Shown: one piece after another, positions 1-8,499 of the stretch
Numbering within the stretch: the stretch's first letter is position 1
How the letters are laid out: each line of letters begins with the position of its first letter
Source: an uncultured Fibrobacterota bacterium
GTDB lineage: Bacteria; Fibrobacterota; Chitinivibrionia; Chitinivibrionales; FEN-1185
Assembly: GCA_963729895.1 (NCBI GenBank)
Contig: CAVSQB010000003.1
Location: forward strand, 64,001 to 128,000
Direction: 5' to 3'
DNA: 64,000 nt
Translations under genes and position numbers: made by a program
Notes under the pieces: generated by a model
Seen by the model: the letters and a program-made list of their open reading frames with translations, nothing else
What the model was told of the DNA's origin: nothing
Database searches by the model: none

Positions 1-794
1 TGTTCCTCAGAAAGTTCTGTTGGAAAAATGGCCATGTTTTCTGCATCAATTGTAACAGCCATAAAATCTATCGTTTAAAAGGTAAAAAGTTCAGGTGCAA
101 ACGATGCGGAAATACCTTTCATGACTTCTCGAATCGGTGGATTGGTCAGTGCCGCGTCCCTCTGAAAAAGCTGCTGTGGATCATTAAGCTCTTTGAACTG
201 GAAGTCTCAGCACGCAGGATAGCAACTCAGATCGGTTTGAGCTATCCCACGGTCTTGCGGATGTGTAATCTCATCCGAAGGGCCTTGATGGTCGCTGAAA
301 GCGATTTCTGGCTCTCTGGAGAGGTTGAGCTCGATGAATCCTACTTCGGCGGCAGGCGTAAAGGTAAACGTGGCCGGGGTGCTGCCGGAAAGGTTCCCGT
401 CTTTGGTATCCTGGAGAGACACGGAAAAGTGAAGGTGACAGTAGTAAAAAACGTCACTGCCGAAAGCCTGTTGACTGAGACTGTGAAAATGGTCAGACGA
501 GGCTCCATCATTTACACTGACAAATTCCGCGGCTATGACGCCCTGATGTTCTGCGGTTATCGGCATTTGAGAGTCGACCATGGGAAAAGATTTGCCACAG
601 GCAAAGTTTATATTAACGGTTTGGAAGGCTTCTGGAGCTATGCTAAGGAACGTCTTGCAAAGTTCCATGGAGTCTCCAAAGAATACTTTCCAGGGTATCT
701 GAACGAAATGGCTTTTCGGTACAATCATCGTCATGAAAATTTCTTTGAAAAACTTGTCAAAATGATCACTAATTTGGTGCAAGATCCTTTATAA
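1..794 (+). CDS. IS1595-family DDE transposase (partial, cut by the window edge)
   Basis: Motifs EVELDESYFGG..KRGRGAAGK, IYTDK, INGLEGFWS. Same frame and sequence as 53094..53948. Confidence 0.92.
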   Translation, partial: FLRKFCWKNGHVFCINCNSHKIYRLKGKKFRCKRCGNTFHDFSNRWIGQCRVPLKKLLWIIKLFELEVSARRIATQIGLSYPTVLRMCNLIRRALMVAESDFWLSGEVELDESYFGGRRKGKRGRGAAGKVPVFGILERHGKVKVTVVKNVTAESLLTETVKMVRRGSIIYTDKFRGYDALMFCGYRHLRVDHGKRFATGKVYINGLEGFWSYAKERLAKFHGVSKEYFPGYLNEMAFRYNHRHENFFEKLVKMITNLVQDPL

Positions 795-799
795 TTACC
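1..799 (+). mobile_element. IS1595-family insertion sequence, copy 1 (5' part outside the window)
   Basis: Matches 53155..53953. Right IR GTGCAAGATCCTTTATAATTACC ends at 799. Right flank AAATATAA differs from that of copy 2. Confidence 0.93.
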
Positions 800-807
800 A
801 AATATAA

Positions 808-2154
808 TTATTCCCTGAACTCGCATATCGAATTCAACATTTCCCCGAACCTGGGCCAGCGCCGCAGGATCGCCTCATCGTTCACCGTAGTCTTTCCCAT
901 GCACCTGAGCCCGGCTACCGCAAAACCGGCGGCAAGGTGCGCGGGCAGGTACTCCACAAGATCGAAGCCGTCGAACTGGCGGCTTCCGTCAACAACGATG
1001 CCATCGGGCATTTCGCCGTGCCGCGCGCCAAGGAGCTTGACGCAGGAAACAATCTGCGTGATCCCGTCAGGTTCGTCGTTCCTGAGGTCGGCAAGCCCGC
1101 GAAACACCGATTGCCCTGCGCCGTACGCCGCAAGCACCAGCATGGCGGGCAGCTGCGGTGCATAGTGAAACAACGGCACGCAGTCGACTTTCCTGCCGCT
1201 GTGGCCGAACTTCGTGAGCGTCACGGTCCCGCACGAGCCAAACGAGGTGGCGGCCGTTTCCTGCATGGCTACAACGCCGCCCATTTTCCTGAACAGCGAC
1301 AGCGTGGCCGTGTTCCACGACTCCAGCCCCGCGTTTTCGATGATGAGGCTTCCCTTGGGAACTATGCATTTTGCCACGGCGATAATCGCGCAGAGCACGT
1401 CGTCGCCCGGCACTTGGATTTCCGGCCGCACGTCGTGCCGTTTGGAAAAATCAGCGGCAACGGTAAAGAGGAGGGGCTGGTCCGATTTCTTCCCGATCTG
1501 CAGGAAGCGCATCCTTCTCACCAGGGGGTCTTCGTTCTTGTCGTGCAGGTTGTTGGTAACCGAGATCTGGTACCCGAACGATGCCAGGCCGTGACGCACG
1601 GGACTGGCAAACACCGTATCGGTGGTGAGCGACATTTGCTTGCCGAGACCGAGGGCGAGTCCCAGAATCGGGTGCACCTCCTCGATAGGCCTCACCGCAT
1701 CCCGCACCCGGAAGTTTTCTCCTCCGGAGAGCGAAAGAGACGTCTTTCCTTTGACGTCTCCGGTGTGCAGGCTGCAACCGAGATCGGCCGCCAGCTTTGT
1801 CCATACTTCAAGCCGTGCCCTTGGCAGCGGATCCATGAGCATGATCTTGCCGAGCCCCAGCAGCGCAAATACGACGAAATCGCGGTACGGAATTTCTTCG
1901 TACGGGAGTGTGATGACCGGCGCACCGGGGTCATTCGCGGGCTCCACGGTGCAGCTTTCGGCGCTGCAGGCGAAAACCGCGTGTCCGGCGAGGATTTTTT
2001 CCCACCAGGACACGAGCGGAATATCGCGACACGGAGAAATCCTCGCCGGTGCTTTCGCGGCAAGCGCCATAACGATGCTCAGAAAGAACAAATCGCCCGA
2101 CGGCGGAAGCCGCACCGATCCCTTGATCTCCTTTGCCGGTCTTATTTCCAACAC
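808..2154 (-). CDS. AroA/EPSP-synthase-like protein, highly divergent
   Basis: Last gene of the chorismate mutase-tyrA operon. EPSPS-like segments GSVRLP, VPGD, GQSVFRGLADLR, WPRF are present but the catalytic motifs are altered. GTG start at 2154 is inferred. Confidence 0.7.
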   Translation of the reverse strand: MLEIRPAKEIKGSVRLPPSGDLFFLSIVMALAAKAPARISPCRDIPLVSWWEKILAGHAVFACSAESCTVEPANDPGAPVITLPYEEIPYRDFVVFALLGLGKIMLMDPLPRARLEVWTKLAADLGCSLHTGDVKGKTSLSLSGGENFRVRDAVRPIEEVHPILGLALGLGKQMSLTTDTVFASPVRHGLASFGYQISVTNNLHDKNEDPLVRRMRFLQIGKKSDQPLLFTVAADFSKRHDVRPEIQVPGDDVLCAIIAVAKCIVPKGSLIIENAGLESWNTATLSLFRKMGGVVAMQETAATSFGSCGTVTLTKFGHSGRKVDCVPLFHYAPQLPAMLVLAAYGAGQSVFRGLADLRNDEPDGITQIVSCVKLLGARHGEMPDGIVVDGSRQFDGFDLVEYLPAHLAAGFAVAGLRCMGKTTVNDEAILRRWPRFGEMLNSICEFRE

Positions 2155-2155
2155 G

Positions 2156-3280
2156 CTATTCCCTTTCCCACGCTGAAATGCCCAGGTTCTTGAAGATCCC
2201 CGCCGCCTGCCGCGCAACGCTCCGCGTTTCGAATGCAAGCCTGATCGTGCCTGCTTCGTTTTCGCGCACCTTGAGCACTTCGATGTCCTTGATGTTGATG
2301 TTTTCCTTTGCGCATGCGTTCGCCAGGAGCGCGATCATGCCGGGTTGGTCCTTTACAATAACAAACACCTCGCTGAGCGCGCCGATAAACCCCTTGGTGG
2401 AACCGGGGATCTTCGCCCGCGTATCGGCCGCTGTTCTGAACGCGTCGTGGAGCCCGTCGCGTAACAGCTGCTCCTTAATGCCGGTCAGCGCCGAGATAAA
2501 ATCGTCGATGAGCGGTGCGATGCGCGTCTTGTTCGTCGACAGGATGTCGTGCCACATTGCATAGGGGGACGATGCGATGCGCGTCATGTCGCGGAACCCG
2601 CCCGCAGCGAGCGACAGGGTGCCGGGCACGCGGCCGTCCATCAGCGCCGCGGTATTGACAAGAGCAACGGCGACAAGATGCGGCAGGTGGCTCACCGCCG
2701 CTGCGACGGCGTCGTGGGTGTCCGGAGCGAGCACCACGTGCCTGCAGCCGAGGTTTTCATCCAGAAATGCTCCAAACCCGTCTACCGTGGTCCCGGGCAC
2801 GGCATTGCCCGGCGTCAAGACGTAGATCGCGTTCTGGAACAGGTAGGGATCCGACGACGACGGACCGCGTTTTTCCGATCCCGCCATGGGATGGCCGCCG
2901 ATGAAATAAACGTGCGAGGGCAGGCATCGACCGGCGGCTGCGACAATTTCGCTCTTGGTGCTGCCGACGTCGGTAATAATGCAGCCGGAAGGCAGGTTGA
3001 GCGTTCCCAACCTCCGGATGACGGAGATGATGGCATGGATGGGCGAGCACAAAAACAGGCACTCCGCAGACCTCGCAACCGTGCCAAGCGAATCGTATCC
3101 GAAGCCTTCGTCGATGCACCCGAGCTCAAGCGCCGTTGCGATGGCCGCGCTTGACGAAAGGCCGGTGATGCGCCCCTTGAATCCCGACGTCTTGAGCGCT
3201 AATCCGATGGAGCCGCCAAGCAGCCCCACGCCGCAGATGGTCACCGTTTTTGGTGTAAATGATGCCTGATCGTCTTTCAT
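2156..3280 (-). CDS. tyrA: Prephenate/arogenate dehydrogenase with C-terminal ACT domain
   Basis: GVGLLGGS Rossmann motif, TDVGSTK, GGHPMAGSE, SHLPH, GFRDMTRIA; ACT domain DQPGMIA..NINIKDIE. Confidence 0.93.
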   Translation of the reverse strand: MKDDQASFTPKTVTICGVGLLGGSIGLALKTSGFKGRITGLSSSAAIATALELGCIDEGFGYDSLGTVARSAECLFLCSPIHAIISVIRRLGTLNLPSGCIITDVGSTKSEIVAAAGRCLPSHVYFIGGHPMAGSEKRGPSSSDPYLFQNAIYVLTPGNAVPGTTVDGFGAFLDENLGCRHVVLAPDTHDAVAAAVSHLPHLVAVALVNTAALMDGRVPGTLSLAAGGFRDMTRIASSPYAMWHDILSTNKTRIAPLIDDFISALTGIKEQLLRDGLHDAFRTAADTRAKIPGSTKGFIGALSEVFVIVKDQPGMIALLANACAKENINIKDIEVLKVRENEAGTIRLAFETRSVARQAAGIFKNLGISAWERE

Positions 3281-4032
3281 ATACCGGACACGGTCCTGTT
3301 GAGCAAATACAGCACTTCGCCCTCTTTGGTAAGCGGAATTATGGTGTCGCGGTAAAACCGGAGCATAACATCGGGGTCTATCACCTGCCTGATGGTCCGG
3401 TTCACCCCGGCCTGCGCAAAATCGACTTTGTCCCGAATGCGCTCCATGATCCTGTCTTCCACGCCGGGCCGGGTCAGCAGCGCCAGAATCCCGCGCCGGT
3501 CATTATCCTTTATCAATGCACGATACCGCCGGGGGTCCCCGCGGAATTTGCTTTCGGCAACATACAGGGCGCCGTAGTGAATGCGCCGCGCAACGGCCTG
3601 CAGCGCATACACGTCGTGCTCCACGCTCGACCCGTAGTGGCCGTCGTCGCCTTTTCTGCAAATCCGGGGCACGAGGCGGAGGTATGCGGTCAGGATCTTG
3701 TCTGCAACGCTGACCGCATTGATGTCTTCTATGCACAACCCGGTCGGCGGAAGCGACACTTTCCGCCTCGGCTTTGGCAGCCCTTTGCAGAACGGACGCT
3801 CCTCGGCAACACAGAACCTGCCAAAACGGGCATCCATTTCCTCCTGGTACCGGAGCCTGAGCGAAAAAAGGCTCTGCCGCTCCGCTCCTGTGAATCCGCT
3901 TGAACCGGGCCGGTAGGCCGGAGGATTGCGGCGGAATTGCGCCCTGTCAATGAGCTTGAAGATGATTGTCTCTTCAAGGCCTTCAAGGAGCGTGGTAATT
4001 TGTGCGAGGTCGAAGTTGCCGGCGCCGGTCAT
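3277..4032 (-). CDS. Chorismate mutase, fungal/plant (Aro7-like) type
   Basis: 251 aa. LEETIIFKLIDRAQF, DDGHYGS, LQAVARRIHYG..VAESKF and IIPLTK..EVLYLL match the eukaryotic-type AroQ pattern. Overlaps the tyrA start. Confidence 0.85.
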   Translation of the reverse strand: MTGAGNFDLAQITTLLEGLEETIIFKLIDRAQFRRNPPAYRPGSSGFTGAERQSLFSLRLRYQEEMDARFGRFCVAEERPFCKGLPKPRRKVSLPPTGLCIEDINAVSVADKILTAYLRLVPRICRKGDDGHYGSSVEHDVYALQAVARRIHYGALYVAESKFRGDPRRYRALIKDNDRRGILALLTRPGVEDRIMERIRDKVDFAQAGVNRTIRQVIDPDVMLRFYRDTIIPLTKEGEVLYLLNRTVSGI

Positions 4033-4186
4033 GTTTCAATCCGGGTTTTATGTGGAGCAAACGTAAACACGTAATATAAATCTTTGCTGTTTGCCCCGGG
4101 CGGCCAATGCGTACGGTTTTCCCCACATTTATTATATTCTCTTCGTCATCTTATTCACCTCCCACGTGATCTCCCCCGGAGGCCGC

Positions 4187-4762
4187 ATGAAAATCGTCCT
4201 CATCGTATTTGCGCTCAGCCTCGCAATCGGCATAGGCGTTTTGTGGAACTTCGGCGCGTTTGCAAACGTGGCCATAGCGGAGAAAACCGTGCCCCGCATG
4301 ACAATCGTGTATGCCGTGCACACCGGCCCCTACAGGAAGATCCGGCAGGTAATCGACACGGTATACATGAACCTTCTGGCAAAAGAGAAGATCGGCGCTG
4401 CCCGCGGCTTCGGCCTGTATTACGACAATCCGCGCGAGGCGCCCGGGGAAAGGCTGCGCAGCCTGGGCGGATGCATCCTGGATGCGCCTGATGAATACAA
4501 GGCGGATTCGCTTCGCAGCAAGGGATATAAGGTGGCGGTGCTGCCGCAGTCAAGGGCCGTGTACGCGGAATTTCCGCTCAAAGGCCAGCTGTCCGTCCTG
4601 TTCGGCGTGTTCAAAACCTATCAAAAAATGACAAAATACCTGCATGAAAAGAAAATTCCCTCCAGGCCCTTCATGGAGATCTACAATCCGGCCCTGAAAA
4701 AAATAGAATATATGACGGAGTATGATGTTCCCATGGCAACCTACCTCGAAATGCTGAAATAG
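4187..4762 (+). CDS. GyrI-like small-molecule-binding domain protein with N-terminal membrane anchor
   Basis: HTGPY, FGLYYDNP..LRS.GG, FMEIY; hydrophobic N-terminus; GGAGG RBS before ATG 4187. Confidence 0.75.
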   Translation: MKIVLIVFALSLAIGIGVLWNFGAFANVAIAEKTVPRMTIVYAVHTGPYRKIRQVIDTVYMNLLAKEKIGAARGFGLYYDNPREAPGERLRSLGGCILDAPDEYKADSLRSKGYKVAVLPQSRAVYAEFPLKGQLSVLFGVFKTYQKMTKYLHEKKIPSRPFMEIYNPALKKIEYMTEYDVPMATYLEMLK

Positions 4763-4865
4763 CAGGGTGCCGCATTTTTCAAACGTTCTCCTTTTTGAGC
4801 GAAATAGTATATTTAATCGGAAACCGTAACCTGTTGGTGGCATATATATGAAGGAGCCAAGAGTC

Positions 4866-5627
4866 ATGAGGAAAACGTTCGCAACACTTTCGGTGATGGC
4901 CATGTTGCTCGTTGTTCCGGCGGCGTGCAAGAGCGGACCGATGATCTCGGTTGACTCCGAAGAGGTCAACCTCGGCACGATCAAGCAGGGGTCAAAGCCG
5001 TCGGCAAAGTACGTGTTCAAGGTAAAGAACACCGGCGACAGCGTGCTTGTCATCAGAGACGTGAGGCCCGGCTGAGGGTGCACCGTGGTGGGTTTTGATA
5101 CCACCATCCTTCCCGGTCGGGAAGGCTCAATAACACCGGAAGTCAACCTGTCGAAAGCGCACGGCGGCACGTTCAGCAAATGCGTGACCGTCACGTCGAA
5201 CGCAAAGAACAAGCCGGAGATGCACTTGTGCGTCAAGATGACGCTCAAAGTGCCGCTCGCCGCAAGCCCGGAATACATCCAGATGAAGCGGGGAAAGTCC
5301 GGCGCGTTCGAAGTTGAATTCACGCTGACCACCGACAAGCCCGACCTCGCCATCAAAGAGGTCACCTTCAAGGCGTCGTCCCAGGGAACCGGGGCGGGCC
5401 AGGCCGCGTGGATGGCCTCGCTACCCGACCACCTGATGTTCTTATTGACAAAACCGGACAAACCGACGGCCGACGGATCGTGGGATTACAAGCTCAAATT
5501 GACCGGGGACGTGGGCGACCTCAAAGAAAACAAGTTCGGCGAATTCGTCATCACCACCAATCATCCGGACGTGCCCGAACTCAAATTGAACGGCCTCATC
5601 GACGTGAGCCCCGAACCCAAGAAGTAA
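4866..5627 (+). CDS. DUF1573-domain lipoprotein with in-frame UGA (5073-5075); probable selenoprotein, U-G-C motif
   Basis: The two listed ORFs share a frame and are separated only by TGA. Read-through gives FKVKNTGDSVLVIRDVRPG-U-GCTVVGFDTTILPGREG, the DUF1573 CGCT motif. AAGGAG RBS, lipobox-like PAAC. Confidence 0.8.
5085..5107 (+). promoter_or_regulatory. Candidate bacterial SECIS hairpin
   Basis: GTGGTGG-GTTTTGATA-CCACCAT stem-loop starting 10 nt after the UGA. Confidence 0.55.
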
Positions 5628-5650
5628 GATCGTCGCATGCCATTGTTTTG

Positions 5651-5685
5651 AGCCGGGCTTTGAGTATCAAGGCCCGGCTTTTTTT
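5651..5685 (+). terminator. Rho-independent terminator
   Basis: AGCCGGGCTTTGA-GTA-TCAAGGCCCGGCT followed by a T-run. Confidence 0.85.
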
Positions 5686-5719
5686 GCGAACCGATTGAGG
5701 GAACTTTGGGGAGCAGATC

Positions 5720-6655
5720 ATGAAATACAACCATATCTTCGGCCCCGTTCCCTCCCGGCGTCTGGGGTTGTCGCTGGGCGTGGACATGGTGCCTGCCAAG
5801 GTGTGCACCCTCAATTGCGTGTATTGCGAATGCGGAAACACCACCGTGCTTACCGCCGAGCGCAGGGAATGGGCGCCGGCGCAGGCCATCATTGCCGAGC
5901 TTTCCCATTTTCTCGGGTCCTCTCCCGTCCTTGACGTCGTCACAATAACCGGCTCAGGCGAGCCCACGCTCAACACGGGGCTCCCTGACGTGATAACGTT
6001 TCTCAAACAGGCGTTTCCGCGTTACGCAACGGCGCTCCTCACCAACGGCACCCTGCTGCACATCGACGAGGTGAAAAACGCCGCTCTCGCGTTCGACTAC
6101 GTGCTGCCGTCACTTGACGCGGTTTCGGGCGACGTATTCTTTAAAGTGAACAGGCCGCACTCCTCTCTCGACAACCGGCGCATCATCGAGGGAATCGCGC
6201 GGTTCGCCCGCGAGTTCAAAGGCCGGCTCTGGCTCGAGGTGTTTATCGTCCCCGGCGTCAACGATGCTCCGGACGAGCTCGCCCGCATCAAAGAAGCGGC
6301 CCTGTCAATTGCGCCGGACCGCCTCCAGATCAACACGCTCGACCGGCCCGGCGCAAGCACGTCGGTGCGGCCTGCCGCGCACGGCGACCTTATTGACATA
6401 GCGGACTTCCTCAGCCCATTGCCGGTTGAAATCATATCGCGCGGATACGCGGGCCGGCCGGCCGGCTCCGGCGGCGATGCACTGGAATCCGCGATCCTTT
6501 CTACGGTCCGCCGAAGGCCCTCCACGGTGGAAGACCTGGCGGTCACCACGGGCCGCACCATCAACGACATCTCCGAGGCATTGTCGCCTCTTTGCGCCGA
6601 GGGCTCAGTAGAGACCGAGGTTGTTCAGGGCAGGGTATTTTACAGGATCGGGTGA
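5720..6655 (+). CDS. Radical SAM Fe-S oxidoreductase (COG0731-like)
   Basis: FGPVPSRRLGLSLG, CTLNCVYC, TGSGEPTL, LTNGT. Confidence 0.88.
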   Translation: MKYNHIFGPVPSRRLGLSLGVDMVPAKVCTLNCVYCECGNTTVLTAERREWAPAQAIIAELSHFLGSSPVLDVVTITGSGEPTLNTGLPDVITFLKQAFPRYATALLTNGTLLHIDEVKNAALAFDYVLPSLDAVSGDVFFKVNRPHSSLDNRRIIEGIARFAREFKGRLWLEVFIVPGVNDAPDELARIKEAALSIAPDRLQINTLDRPGASTSVRPAAHGDLIDIADFLSPLPVEIISRGYAGRPAGSGGDALESAILSTVRRRPSTVEDLAVTTGRTINDISEALSPLCAEGSVETEVVQGRVFYRIG

Positions 6656-6790
6656 GCGCGGCCCGGGCGAGTTTTTTTCCTTCACATTGCGGTTGACACA
6701 ATTATACAATTAAAGTATCTCGTGCATTGACTTGGTGCGATTTAGTATTTTTGGTGTTGAATGAAAATGTTTGAATCAGGGGGAATACCT

Positions 6791-7183
6791 ATGCGGAAAG
6801 TTCTGGCGGCTGGGGCAGTCCTCTTTTCCTTGATCGGCTGCACCAATAATAATCAGATAACCATCGTTAATGATGCGCAGGAATCAATCATGTTCAATTT
6901 CCGCGCCACCGAATACGATGTGGAAAGCGGCGCATCAGAAACAATAAAGAACGTTCCAAACGGCGTGTATGCCTATAATACTACGTACACCTTACCCGCA
7001 GCAACCACATCCTTTTCTGTTGCGGGCAGTGCCGGCAGCGGTAGCCTGACATTTGACAGAGAACAAACCCACCAGCTTCTCATATATTCTTCCACTCTGA
7101 TAAATGGTGCTTATACCCTCTATGTCAATCAAACGTCAACCGACACTGTAGGCGCGGTGGGGATGATATTCGGACCAAAATAG
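6791..7183 (+). CDS. Hypothetical lipoprotein
   Basis: Signal peptide ending LIGC; beta-rich; lower GC than neighbours. Confidence 0.7.
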   Translation: MRKVLAAGAVLFSLIGCTNNNQITIVNDAQESIMFNFRATEYDVESGASETIKNVPNGVYAYNTTYTLPAATTSFSVAGSAGSGSLTFDREQTHQLLIYSSTLINGAYTLYVNQTSTDTVGAVGMIFGPK

Positions 7184-7202
7184 CATTCTCTTCCCCTTCG
7201 CC

Positions 7203-7598
7203 TCACCTCAACCGCACCAAAGTCGCGCCCTCCCCGCCGTCTTTCGGCGCGGCAGCGGTGAAACTCTTTATCCGCGGATCATTTTCTCCTTCCAGCCAGC
7301 GCAGCACGGCGGTTTTGAGCACCCCGGCCTCGCCCGGCGCGGAATGCAGCCCGTATCCGTGGACCACGAGCAGTTCCGCCACGCCGCGGCATGCGCATTC
7401 ATCAATCGCATCGCGCAATGCCGCAAGCGCGGGGCCCACCGTCATGCCGTGGAGGTCGAGGGTCTTTCGCATGTTCCCGCGCTTCGTTTTGCCAACGGCA
7501 TTCTTCTTCTTCATGCCGGGCGATGCGGCAGCGTCCTTGTCGCGAACCCCGTACCGTGCAAGATGGTCAAAAATAATTTTTCTGGGGTCGGCGATCAT
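7203..7598 (-). CDS. Smr/MutS2 C-terminal domain protein
   Basis: LDLHG, LLVVHGYG, GGEGATLV; start uncertain. Confidence 0.82.
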   Translation of the reverse strand: MIADPRKIIFDHLARYGVRDKDAAASPGMKKKNAVGKTKRGNMRKTLDLHGMTVGPALAALRDAIDECACRGVAELLVVHGYGLHSAPGEAGVLKTAVLRWLEGENDPRIKSFTAAAPKDGGEGATLVRLR

Positions 7599-7741
7599 GG
7601 GTTGAGTGATTTCCAAACAGGAGAGAACGTTGCCCAAAATACAGTTTATTTTTTGTCAAATAGCCGATGTTCGCATTGCGGGTCTCATCACGTCGCATTG
7701 ATGGACATTCGATTGCGCGATTCTCGGTTGCGCATGCGTTA

Positions 7742-7909
7742 GGCGGGACCGCAGCGGTCCCGCTGTAGCGGGATTGCCGCCTGATCCCCAGCCGAAGGCG
7801 GTAGGGACAGGCGGCAACGAGGCCGAACGGCCGAGCCCGGAGGGAGAGCCGCCCCGCCTTTGCGGAGACGCACTGCGTGCGTCTCCGCAAAGGCGGGGAA
7901 CGCCCAAAT
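7742..7909. repeat. Structured intergenic repeat, copy A
   Basis: Several hairpins including a perfect 22-bp IR (7852-7873/7877-7898). Core shared with 13464..13597. Confidence 0.7.
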
Positions 7910-7968
7910 CATTTGATAGTTTCCGAGACAAATCGATCTAACTTTTGCAAACATAAACAGCCGCCCGT

Positions 7969-8463
7969 CTATCTTTGGAGCTTCTTCATCTCATCCGTAA
8001 TGTACCTCACATGCTTCAATTCCTCCTGCAAGATTCTTCCCACATCGTTCTTCCCGAGCGTCTCGGGCACCAGGTTCAGAAAGGTGGAATACAGCACTAC
8101 CGAGTCCTTTTCAAACGTGAGCGCCATGGAAAGGGCGTCGATCGCGGTCTTGCAGCGCGACACCAGCCCGGGGATGTCGGCGCCGGCCTTGAAAATATGC
8201 GTGTCGGCCGCCGCCCTGAGGTACAGCGACAGCTCGTCTTGGGGATCGTAGGAAAGGTGCTCGCGCTCTTTTTCGGGAAGGCCAGCCCGCAGCTTCGAAA
8301 AAAGTTCTATGTGCCCGGCCTCCCATTTGGCAAGGCGCCCGAGGAAATCCTTCACCGTTGCCTGCTGCGAAGCGTCGGCCGCGGCTTCATAAAATGCCTT
8401 TCCGTTCTTCTCTATCCGGACGCCGATCTCATAGATCTCGTCGGCACTGTATGAGAGCGCCAT
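7969..8463 (-). CDS. Ferritin-like/rubrerythrin-family di-iron protein
   Basis: EKNGKAFY, EAGH, FEKDSVVLY, EELKH. Confidence 0.85.
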   Translation of the reverse strand: MALSYSADEIYEIGVRIEKNGKAFYEAAADASQQATVKDFLGRLAKWEAGHIELFSKLRAGLPEKEREHLSYDPQDELSLYLRAAADTHIFKAGADIPGLVSRCKTAIDALSMALTFEKDSVVLYSTFLNLVPETLGKNDVGRILQEELKHVRYITDEMKKLQR

Positions 8464-8499
8464 ATGCTCCTCCTCGGATGATGGTTTCCCGTTTCGTCG

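Noticed and set aside
937..2193. Long antisense ORFs (also 11737..13089, 13672..14889, 21120..22730, 28331..29521)
   Set aside because: They shadow well-supported genes on the opposite strand, carry no recognisable motifs, and are expected in GC-rich coding DNA.
5073..5075. Genome-wide UGA reassignment to Trp or Gly
   Set aside because: Many genes here end in TGA at their expected C-termini (selD, cysK, the thioredoxin at 37233, rmuC), and Trp uses TGG.
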